Source: Blepharisma stoltei ATCC 30299
Taxonomy: Eukaryota > Protista > Ciliophora
Direction: 5' to 3'
DNA: 64,000 nucleotides
Assembly: GCA_965603825.1 (NCBI GenBank)
Contig: CBFDEM010000063.1
Location: forward strand, 248,001 to 312,000
The position numbers and the translations under genes were made by a program. Each line of letters begins with the position of its first letter. Position 1 is the first letter of the stretch. Below are positions 38,268 to 50,319 of the stretch, piece after piece. Under the pieces are notes generated by a model. The model made no database searches and was not told the DNA's origin. It saw only the letters and a list, made by a program, of their open reading frames with translations.

Positions 38268-38989
38268 AATAACCTTATAGGAGAATCATCATTAATTTTG
38301 ACTAATTTGAACTTTATAAATAGTTTAAAATATATAATTTATCTGCATGCATTCTTCTTCCTTTTTATCCCAATTACTAGCAAATGCCTTTACTTTAGTT
38401 ATTAAATGTTTATAATTGATTTATTTTAAAATTTTTACTTTTAACTTTCTACTTTTAGATTATAAGAAAAAAATCTATTTAACTAATAAATAAACTTAAA
38501 AAAGCCTGTGCTTTAAATAGCGAATTAGAGTCATGCATATTAAAATTTCATATCCTATTATAACTAAATTTACAATTTTATTATAGTTATTCTATTGAGA
38601 AATTGAATGATGCCCCTTAATTTAACTTTTAGGTGCATACAGTTTAAATGCATCAATTTCAATTAGCCTGTTTAAGTATCACATAGCAGCATAGAATATT
38701 TATAAGCCCCGAGATAATCATAAACTTATATACTTTAAAATAAATTATATTTTTCTCTCAAAAATTGACTTAGAATAATTGCATTAAAAACATTATCAAA
38801 AAAAAAACAGATGAAATTGTTCAAAAATTTTATGCAAAAAATTGTTTCAAAATTTAATAACTAATAGCATTTAATATATATTTTAATAATTTTGATAAAA
38901 TTTCTATTGTTATGAGCAATATTCATTCATAAAAAACACATATTTGCTTCTTATTTCTAAACTTATAATGTGCCTATAATCTATTTAAA

Positions 38990-41900
38990 ATGTATGAAGA
39001 GTCAGTGAAAAGCAGAGCAGCTTCCTCATATAAATTTGGGACAATTATTTGTAAACGCAGTGATTTGTATAAAAGACTAGAAGTAGACAGGGCCAGCCAC
39101 TATAAAACTGCTTTATTCGAAACTCTTTTGAGGCTAGGAAATAGTGATTTTAAGACAAAAGCTTCTAAAGAATTTCTTATTATAAATTGCATTGTGCTTT
39201 TCATCAGAAAAATTCAACTTTTATCGATTATTCTTTTAACCTTTGAAAATTCCAAAAATATTACTTTAGAATCTTTTTTAAATTGGTTATTGAAATTAAC
39301 AAGATTTGATATTCTTTGTGGTGAATTTAATCTCCAGTTTATATTTTTATTCATTTTGATATCAACTCTTTGGGGACTTTTTATTAGCTTTTGCTTAATT
39401 TATTTCCAAATATATTATAGAAGAAATGTCGTTTCATTGCCACTTGTTCTAGTAGCTAAAATCTTAGGATGAACATACGAAAATATTTTATTTGTGCCTT
39501 ATTTATACAGTGTTGGGGTATATTCTAAATATACTTTTTTTGATAATTCTACTGAAATAACAGAATATGACAATAAAAATTCATCAGACTATAATACATA
39601 TTGAGCAATACCCTTAATTTTAGGATTTCCTATTATAGTGATAGCTATATTTTTCAGAACTATTTATAATTGCAAGCCATATTACACAAAAAAATTTAAA
39701 AGAAATAGGATGTACTCACTTATTACTTTGAAAGATTTCTTTTTTCAAATAATCCTAGTTTTTTTATCGTTTTACAGTTCAGATTTATTTTTTAATATCT
39801 TTTGTGCTATATTCTCTATTTATATGGTTTTTCAGTATTTTTTGTACTTGCCATTTGTAGCAATATTTGATAACTTATTTGAAGCAAACACCTGGATACT
39901 TATGTTGTTTGGAGTGATTTCTCATCAGCTTTCTGTTCACACCAATGCTAAGTCTGTCCGCGCGTTAATCATTTTTTTTATCTATCCATGTTCTTGAATT
40001 ATTATGGATTATTTTATGAATAGGAATTTCGATTGTGCTTTCAATACGAAAAATCAAAATCCTTATTGCATTGAGTTTAAAATTAGGCGGCTTTTGCTTA
40101 AAACTAAATCTAAGAACTTGCACAATAATTTACGATCTCAGATAAAAGCTATTTTTACAGAGGCAACAAAAGAATTTTTATCATTTAAGCTTCTTTTTGT
40201 ATGAGAAAGTTTATTTTATTTGCGATATGAAAAGGATAAATCGTTAGCTCTATTGAAACTTTCAAAAATCAATTTTTCATCTCAAAACATTTTAAGATTT
40301 TGAAAGCAGGATAATAAAAATAAAAAAAATTTCTTTAGCTATCCTGACATAGAAGCAGAATTTTTATATTACTATTATTATAATGAGCTTATAAATGAAG
40401 AATCCGAAAAAAATTTAATGCTGATAAGGTACATAAGAGACATTAACCAGCTGAATACAAAAGATTTAGAAGTTGCATGTGATCTTTGAGAGTTATATAC
40501 AAAACTATCAAATATATCTGAACATTCCCCACGGATTATTAGTAAATTTTGTTCAATACTTGCAAATTCCAAAAAAAAATACGAAAAAAAAGCTGAAAAA
40601 ATGGTGAAAAGGCATCATTTAGATCCATTGGTCCTTAAAATTTATGGATCATACAAAGAAGATTTATTAGGAGATATTGAAGGGAAAACGCTCCTCGATA
40701 ATAGCAAAAATCTAAAGGGGACGCACGTTTTAGGAATTGATAAAAGCTCGGATGCAAAATTTCAAGGTATGGCCATTATGGTAGTAAGTGGCATGCCTAA
40801 TACGATAGGAGATATTTTATATTTAAAATTCAAAAATTGCTTGTAATTGATAATGTTGACGATTATCTTGGGACAAGCTTCACACAATTTATTCCGCCTC
40901 CTTTTGATGTAATACATAACGATATTTTAAGGAGAGGATTAATTTTTAGTGATAGGAAAGAAGTATTTCTTCCTAAACTCTTTTTGATCACTACAAAACG
41001 GTATTGTGTAGAAGTAACAATGCATTTCCGTGTATCTTTTTTCAAACAAACTCCTTATTTTATCGCAGATTTCAACGAAAAAGATTATAATAGCAATATA
41101 ATTCTATATTCTTCAGAAGGGGAAATATACGCTACTTCAAAGAATATCCATCAGATAATTGGCAGCAGGCAAGGCTCTATATTTGAAGTTCTTAATAATA
41201 TTTCATATTATTTCGAAAAGTATGAGCTTGGGACGATCTTTGAGTATGATGAAGATGTCACCTGCTCAATGCAAAGGGCTAATCTTCAAATTGATGATTC
41301 AATGCTTGAGGTTTTGTATATTATAAATGATGATTATTTTGCTCAAATTAAAAACCTCGGAAAAGCACCTGCAATTGAAAGCGATGAATGAGACTATAAA
41401 TCTAACTATAATAGCCACATCACAATAGTCCAAACTGAATCCAATGCAAAACTTGAACCAGCAATTTCGCACTCTTATTTCTCAACTATGCATTCAGGAA
41501 TAGAAAACAATGAAAATTTTAAAAACGAAGAAAATAAAGAAAGCAGTAGTGAAAAAGTAATGAAATTTTGCAATTCTATGAATATGAAAGTCAGATTGTC
41601 TGTAATTTGCCTACTTGGGATTATTATTTCAACTCTACTTTTAGAAAAACATTTAATTAAAGACCTAAATTTATCGATTTTTATTAGCAATTTCGCGACA
41701 ATGAGGTTTTTAGGATTAAATATTCTATCAGACTCGAGATCTCTTGATTTATTAAGTCAGGGCTATAACTTATCATCCACAGAAACAGCTTATAGGACTT
41801 CACTACAGACTAATTTGCTAAACTTAAAAATTGCTTTGACTTCCACGAATTCAGATATATCAAATTATAGTTATTTAACAAACTATTTAGAGGAAAATGA

Positions 41901-43125
41901 AATAATAACAGTTGAAAAGCTGAGTAGTAACTTATATCGTACCAATAAAATTAATTTATTTCAAGCTCTTCAGAAAGTTATACAAGAAGGCTCAGCAATT
42001 GCTAACGCTAAATTTTCGAATTTTTCAGATATTCAGACAAACCTTTTTTATATTTATTGAAATTTTCCTGGAGAAACTTTTAGATGTTTAAACGCAAGTC
42101 TTTATTCGACTATTAAAGAAATGCAGGAAAACACATTATCTGTATTAGAACTTTTAAAGTATTTGAAAATCCTTGCTTTTATCCCTGCTTTGCTAATAAT
42201 TTCTCTGTCAGTTAGAGATATAATTAATCTTGAAAAATATAATAAAAAGAATTGAAAAAGTCTTTCGTCACTAAGTATTGAAAGAAAAGTAGTTCTAAAA
42301 GAGAAGCTTATTGATAGACTTTATAACTTTCATGGTTTGCAAGTAGACGAAGTCCAGCTCAAACGTACGAAAAAGAAAATTTATTCATTTATTTGAAAGT
42401 CATTTATCTTTAAAATTCTTCTCTTAGAGCTTTCAAGCATTTTCTATTATTTTATTTCTATTTATGTGCTGCAAAATCAAATAAGTGATGCTTTAATTTC
42501 TCAAACTGATTATAGATTTAGCTCTGGTTTAAGGAGATCACTTACTAGAACTACTTATTTTTGAGCTAGAGAACAATTTTTAGACAAGAGCAATGCTTCA
42601 TTTATTACTAACATTCTGCATCCATTTCCTTCAATTCCACACAAGTTGCAATTTTTGATTGACGATTATAGGCATTGTCAAAAATTCATCAATTATGGAC
42701 CTGTAAAGAAGTATTATAATGATGAAATGGTAAGCCTTATGATCGGAAATCCTTGCACTCAATTAAATAATACAATAGCAAAATGCCAAAGCAGCTATAT
42801 AAGTATGGGAATAGTGCCATCAATAGAACTTTATCTTAATGAGGTTAGAAGAGTAGCAACTTATAAGAAAACTGATTGAAAAGACATCATTAAGCTGGAG
42901 CAATATTCTAAATTGATATCAAGCTCAGTAGGTTCGATGGTAAATATCTTTATGAATACTACTGATGCTCAAGTTGCTGATACTTTAGACGATTTAGTTG
43001 TCACAACCTTGTTATATTTTCTGCTGATGATAATTATTGCAATGCTAATTGTGTTCACAGCTGTAAATAAAATGAAAAGTGACTTGATTGATAAAATTGA
43101 GATTTTAAAATATTTTGAAGGCTAG
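38990..43125 (+). pseudogene. PAS-domain multi-TM protein, array copy 3, frameshifted
   Basis: Near-identical to copy 4 but lacks 7 nt (ACGAAGA) at ~40826 inside the PAS domain, giving TAA at 40844-40846. Also has a 9-nt in-frame deletion at ~42621. Confidence 0.7.
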
Positions 43126-44003
43126 TTAATACATTAAGAGCTTTCTACTCAACTTTAATAAGTTGTGCTAATAGGTTTTTAATTTTTTCTTCTTTTCCCC
43201 TCTTATTTTCTTCTAAATAGCTAAAGAATTGAGTAATAGATATAAGATATAGCTGACTAGCTTATAAAAGAGTTAATTTTTTTTTTATATTTTAATCAGG
43301 TATTTTTTAATTGAAAGAATACAAGGATTTTAGCTTGCGTTTAAAACAATTTATTGAATTAATAATGCTATTTCTTCTATTAACTATAAACTCATACACA
43401 GTTTTTAGAGGCTGCTGCATAGATTGCGTTTTATTCAGAGCAAGATTAAACCTATATGAATTTAAAGATCTAGATAGTATTTAAATTAGCTTAAGTTATT
43501 AAAATTAAAGATTTTTATCTATTTTTCCTTAGATATATTAATTTTCTGATTTTTATTTCTTATTTCTTGTTTCAGCTGCATATTAAAATTTCAAATCCTG
43601 TTATAAATAAATTTAAAATTAAAATCTAAAATTTTATAATAGTTGCTCTATTCAGAAATTGAATGATGCCCGTTAAATTTAATTCTCAGGCACATTTAAT
43701 TTATATGTATCAATTTCAATTAGTCCGTTTAAGTATCGCATAGCAGCATAGAATATTTACAAGCCCTAAGATAATCATAAGCTTGTACTGGTCAAATCTG
43801 ATTAATTTTATCAAAAAAATCATCAAAAAAACTAATAAAATTGTTCAGAAGTTTTAAGCAAAGAATTGCTTCAAAATTTAATAACTGATTCAGCATTTAA
43901 TATATATTTTAATAATTTCTGTTGTTTTGAGCAATACTCATTTATAAAAAAACACATATTTTCTTCTTACTTCTACTTATAATGTGCCTATAATCTATTT
44001 AAA

Positions 44004-47000
44004 ATGTATGAAGAATCAATAAAAAGCAGGGCAGCTTCCTCATATAAATTTGGGACAATTATTTGTAAACGCAGTGATTTGTATAAAAGACTAGAAGTAG
44101 ACAGGGCCAGCCACTATAAAACTGCTTTATTCGAAACTCTTTTGAGGCTAGGAAATAGTGATTTTAAAACAAAAGCTTCTAAAGAATATCTTATTATAAA
44201 TTGCATTGTGCTTTTCATCAGAAAAATTCAACTTTTATCGATTATTCTTTTAACCTTTGAAAATTCCAAAAATATTACTTTAGAATCTTTTTTAAATTGG
44301 TTATTGAAATTAACAAGATTTGATATTCTTTGTGGTGAATTTAATCTCCAGTTTATATTTTTATTCATTTTGATATCAACTCTTTGGGGATTTTTTATTA
44401 GCTTTTGTTTAATTTATTTCCAAATATATTATAAAAGAAATGCTATTTCAATACCACTTGTTCTAGTAGCTAAGATCTTATGATGAACATACGAAAATAT
44501 TTTATTTGTGCCTTATTTATACAGTGTTGGGGTATATTCTAAATATACTTTTTTCGATAATTCTACTGAAATAACAGAATATGATAATAAAAATTTATCT
44601 GACTATAATACATATTGAGCAATACCCTTAATTTTAGGATTTCCTATTATAGTGATAGCTATATTTTTCAGAACTATTTATAATTGCAAGCCATATTACA
44701 CAAAAAAATTTAAAAGAAATAGGATGTACTCACTTATTACTTTGAAAGATTTCTTTTTTCAAATAATCCTAGTTTTTTTATCGTTTTACAGTTCAGATTT
44801 ATTTTTTAATATCTTTTGTGCTATATTCTCTATTTATATGGCTTTTCAGTATTTTTTGTACTTGCCATTTGTAGCAGTATTTGATAACTTGTTTGAGGCA
44901 AACACTTGAATACTTATGTTGTTTGGAGTAATCTCTCATCAGCTTTCTGTTCGTACTAATGCTAAATCTGTACGCGCATTAATCATTTTTTTTATCTATC
45001 CATGCTCTTGAATCATTATGGATTATTTTATGAATAGGAATTTTGATTGCGCATTCAATACAAAAAATCAAAATCCTTATTGCATTGAGTTTAAAATTAG
45101 GCAGCTTTTGCTTAAAACTAAATCTAAGAACTTGCACAATAATTTACGATCTCAGATAAAAGCCATTTTTACAGAGGCAACAAAAGAATTTTTATCATTT
45201 AAGCTACTTTTTGTATGGGAAAGTTTATTTTATTTGCGATATGAAAAGGATAAATCGTTAGCTCTATTGAAACTTTCAAAAATCAATTTTTCATCTCAAA
45301 ACATTTCAAGATTTTGGAAGCAAGATAATAAAGGGAAAAAAAAATTCTTTAGCTATCCTGACATAGAAGCAGAATTTTTATATTACTATTATTATAAAAA
45401 GCTTATAAATGAAGAATCCGAAAAAAATTTAATGCTGATAAGGTACATAAGAGACATTAACCAGCTGAATACAAAAGATTTAGAAGTTGCATGTGATCTT
45501 TGAGAGTTATATACAAAACTATCAAATATATCTGAACATTCCCCAAGGATTATTAGTAAATTTTGTTCAATACTTGCAAATTCCAAAAAAAAATATGAAA
45601 AAAAAGCTGAAAAAATGATGAAAAGGCATCATTTAGATCCATTGGTCCTTGAAATTTATGGATCATACAAAGAAGATTTATTAGGCGATATTGAAGGGAA
45701 AACGCTCCTCGATAATAGCAAAAATCTAAAGGGGACACAAATTTTAGGAATTGATAAAAGCTCAGGTGCAAAGTTTCAAGGTATGGCCATTATGGTGGTA
45801 AGTGGCATGCCTAATACGATAGGAGATATTTTATATTTAAACGAAGAAATTCAAAAATTGCTTGTAATTGATAATGTTGACGATTATCTTGGGACAAGCT
45901 TCACACAATTTATTCCGCCTCCTTTTGATGTAATACATAACGATATTTTAAGGAGAGGATTAATTTTTAGTGATAGGAAAGAAGTATTTCGTCCTAAACT
46001 CTTTTTGATCACTACAAAAAGGTATTGTGTAGAAGTAACAATGCATTTCCGTGTATCTTTTTTCAAACAAACTCCTTATTTTATCGCAGATTTCAACGAA
46101 AAAGATTATAATAGCAATATAATTCTATATTCTTCAGAAGAGGAAATATACGCTACTTCAAAGAATATCCATCAGATAATTGGCAGCAGGCAAGGCTCTA
46201 TATTTGAAGTTCTTAATAATATTTCATATTATTTCGAAAAGTATGAGCTTGGGACGATCTTTGAGTATCACGAAGATTTCACCATTTCAATGCAAAGGGC
46301 TAAACTTCAAATTGATGATTCAACGCTAGAGGTTTTGTATATTATGAACGATGATTTTTTTGCTCAAATTAAAAATCTCGGAAAAGAATCTGCAATTGAA
46401 AGCGATGAATGAGACTATAAATCTAACTATAATAGCCATACCACAATACTCCAAACTAAATCCAATGCAAAACTTGAACCAGCAATTTCGCACTCTTATT
46501 TTACAACTATGCATTCAGGGATAGAAAACAATAAAAACGCAAAAAACGCAGAAAACACCAAAATGATCAAAAACATCGAAAGCAATAGTGAAAAAGTAAT
46601 GAAATTTTGTAACTCTATGAACATGAAAGTCAGATTTTCTGTAATATGCCTGCTTGGAATTATTATTGCAACTTTACTTTTAGAAAAATATTTAATTAAA
46701 GACCTAAATTTATCAATTTTTATTAGCAATTTCGCGACAATGAGATTTTTAGGATTAAGTATTTTATCAGACTCGAGATCTCTTGATTTATTAAGTCAAG
46801 GCTATAACTTATCATCCACCGAAACAGCTTATAGGACCTCATTACAGACAAATCTGCTAAACTTAAAAATTGTTTTGACTTCCACGAATTCAAATATACT
46901 AAATTATAGTTACTTAACAAACTATTTAGCGGAAAATGAAATAATAGCAGTTGAAAAGCTGAGTAGTAATTTATATCGCACCTATAAAATTAATTTATTT

Positions 47001-48173
47001 CAAGCTCTTCAGAAAATTATACAAGAAGGTTCAGCAATTGTCAACACTAAATTTTCGAATTTTTCAGATATTCAGACAAACCTTTTTTATATTTATTGAA
47101 ATTTTCCTGGAGAAACTTTTAGATGTTTAAATGCAAGCATTTACTCGACTGCTAAAGAAATGCAGGAAAATACATTATCTGTATTAGAGCTTTTAAAGTA
47201 TTTGAAGATCCTTACTTTTATCCCTACTTTGCTAATAATTGCTCTTTCAGTTAGAGATATAATTAATCTTGAAAAATACAATAAAAAGAATTGGAACAGT
47301 CTTTCGTCACTAAATATTAAAAGAAAAGTAGTTCTAAAAGAGAAGCTTATAGATAGACTTTATAACTTTCACAGCTTGAAAGTAGACGAAGTCCAGCTCA
47401 AACGCACGAATAAAAAAATTTATTCATTTATTTGAAAGTCATTTATCTTTAAAATCCTTTGTTTAGAGCTTTTAAGTATTTTCTATTATTTTATTTCTAT
47501 TTATGTGCTGCAAAATCAAATAAGTGATGCTTTAATTTCTCAAACTGATTATAGATTTAGCTCTGGCTTAAGAAGATCACTTACTGCAACTACTTATTTT
47601 TGAGCTAGAGAACAATTTTTAGATAAGAGCAATGCTTCATTTATTACTAACATGTTACATGACAGCAATCCATTTCCTTCAATTCCACACAAACTGCAAT
47701 TTTTGATTGACGATTATAAGCATTGTCAAAAATTCATCAATTATGGGCCATTAAAGAAGTATTATAATGATGAAATGGTAAGCCTTATGATCGGAAATCC
47801 TTGCACTCAATTAAATAATACAATAGCAAAATGCCAAAGCAGCTATATAAGTATGGGAATAGTGCCTTCAGTAGAAGTTTATATTGATGAGGTTAGAAGA
47901 GTAACAAATTATAAGAAAACTGATTGAAAAGATATCATTAAGCTGGAGCAATATTCTAAATTGATATCAAGTTCAGTAAGTTCGATGGTAAATATCTTTA
48001 TGAATACTACTAATGCTCAGGTTGCTGATACTTTAGACAATTTAGTTATCACAACCTTGTTATATTTCCTGCTGATGATAATTATTGCAATGCTAATTGT
48101 GTTCACAGCTGTAAATAAAATGAAAAGTGACTTGATTGATAAAATTGAGGTTTTAAAATACTTTGAAGGCTAG
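44004..48173 (+). CDS. PAS-domain multi-TM protein, array copy 4, ~1389 aa
   Basis: Single frame with TGA=Trp. Ends TAG at 48171-48173. Confidence 0.82.
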
Positions 48174-48525
48174 TTAATGTATTAGAGTTTTCAAGTTTTC
48201 TAATAAGTTTTTAATCTGCTTTTCTTTTCCCTCTTATTTTCCTCTGAATAGCTAAAGATATGATTAATAGAATATAAGATATAGCTGGCTAGCTTATAAA
48301 AGAGTTGAATTTTTTTATATTTTAATAAGATATTTTTGGATTTTTATTGATTTTCAAATTTAAAATGCTTTCCCTAATATTATCTAAGAATACAAGGATT
48401 TTATCTTTTATTTATAAAAACTAATTTAATTAATAAGGGTATTTCTTCTAGTAGCCATAACTCATACATACTTTTCATAGACTGTTGCGTAGATTGCATT
48501 TTATTCAGAGTGGAATTAAACCTAT

Positions 48526-49617
48526 ATGAAATTAAAAAGATCTATATTAGTGTATGAGTATAAAGTTCTAAATAAAAGCTTGCGTTTTACTATTGAAGAA
48601 ATGCAAAACAATACAATATCTGTCTTGGCATTTTTAATGAACTTTAAATTGCTTGTTTTTATTCCTGCAGTGTTGATAATTGCTCTTTCAATTAAAAATA
48701 TAATAGATCTTGAAAAATACAATAAAAAGAATTGGAGAAGCCTTTCCTCACTAAGCATCGAACGCAAAATAATTATAAGAGAAAAGCTTATAGATAGACT
48801 AAATCAATATCATGGTATCGAAGTTGAAGAAACAATTCAAAAAAATAATAAAAAAAAGAAAATTTATTTATTTGTTTGAAAATCATTTATCTTTAAAATT
48901 CTCCTATTGGAACTTGCCAGCATCTTATATTATTTTATTTCTATTAATGTATTTCAAAATCAAATAAGCGATGCTTTAATTTCTCAAACGGATTATAGAT
49001 TTAGCTCGGGGCTCAGAAGATCACTTACTAAAACTACTTATTTTTGAGCTAGAGAACAATTTTTAGATAAGAGAAATGCATCTTTTATTACTAATATTCT
49101 TAACGAAAGAAGCGCATTTCCTTCAATCTCATGCAAACTAAAAGATTTGATTAAAGATTACAATTATTGTCAAAATCTCATCAATAATGGAGCTTTAAAA
49201 AAATATTATAATGATGACATCATCAGCCTCATGATTGGAAATCCTTGCGCCCAATTAAACAGCACAATAGCAAAATGCCAAAGCAGCTATATTAGTATGG
49301 GAATAGTGCCATCAATTGAGCTTTATATAAATGAGATAAAAAGAGTGGAAAAATATAGCTTAAATGACTGAAAAGATATTATAAAGCTAGAGCAGTACTC
49401 TAAATTGATAACAAGCTCAGTAAGTTCAATGGTAAATATTTTTATGAATGCCGCAGACGCCTATGTTGCAGACACTCTGGATTATTTAGTCATTACATCT
49501 TTAATTTATTTTTTGCTTGTGTGCATTATCGCAATGTTGATTACATTAACAGCTGTAAATAAAATAAAAGACGATCTAATAGGAAAAATTGAAGTGCTAA
49601 AATACTTCGAATGCTAA
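48526..49617 (+). pseudogene. 5'-truncated array copy 5 (C-terminal ~350 aa only, frame still open)
   Basis: Homology to the other copies begins at ~48568 (LNKSLRFTIEEMQ vs LNASIYSTAKEMQ). One frame to TAA at 49615-49617. Confidence 0.7.
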
Positions 49618-49864
49618 TTAATTTTTTATTTGATTTTAATTAATTATTAACTCGATAATTATTGTTTTGATTATAATGATTAATTCTTAATAATGATTCT
49701 CAAGTAAATCTTCTAATTAAACAAATATAAAAAATTAAAATTTACAATAAAAAAATCTATCCTTTTTGCACTTAATTTCATCCCACAAATTTAAATGAAT
49801 AATATTTTTAAATCCGAGATTTTGAATTAATTAAAAATAAAATTTTAAGAAGTGAATTGAGATT

Positions 49865-50133
49865 ATTTAAATGAGATAATAAGAGTGGAAAACTATAGCA
49901 ATTATGGCTGAAAAATCATATAAAATTGGAAAAGTGCTTTAAATTGCTTGCAAGCTCATTAAGCTCTATGGTAAATATTTTTATGAATATCATAGACACC
50001 TATGTTGATGACAGTTTATTATTCATTTATTGCATCTTCATTTTATTTCTTTCTTATGTCGGTTTTGTTGACAGCTGCAAAAAAATAAAAGACAGTCTGA
50101 TAGAAATTTGAATTGCTTAAGTACTTCAAATGC
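49865..50133 (+). pseudogene. Degenerate relic of the 3' end of a sixth array copy
   Basis: AATGAGATAATAAGAGTGGAAAA and ATGGTAAATATTTTTATGAAT match the end of copy 5, with multiple indels. Confidence 0.75.
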
Positions 50134-50319
50134 AAATTCATATTTGTATTATTTTTAATTATTTATTAAAATTTGTTTCAATAACTCAGATTTCTTTATT
50201 ATTTCATACAGAAAAATTTTATCTTTCAAAATTCTTCATTTGATTATAATAATGGCAACCTTATCTATTGCATTTCTTAATTATTAAAATCAATATAAGC
50301 TATTCATAACAATTTTAAA

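Larger units (their letters stand above)
38534..48545 (+). repeat. ~5.0 kb tandem duplication (38534-~43480 vs 43577-~48545) including upstream and downstream non-coding DNA
   Basis: Shared start TGCATATTAAAATTTCA at 38534 and 43577. Coding offset is 5014-5048 nt. The 3' flanks align (ATATAAGATATAGCTG.CTAGCTTATAAAAGAGTT; ATTAAACCTATATGAA). Confidence 0.9.
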
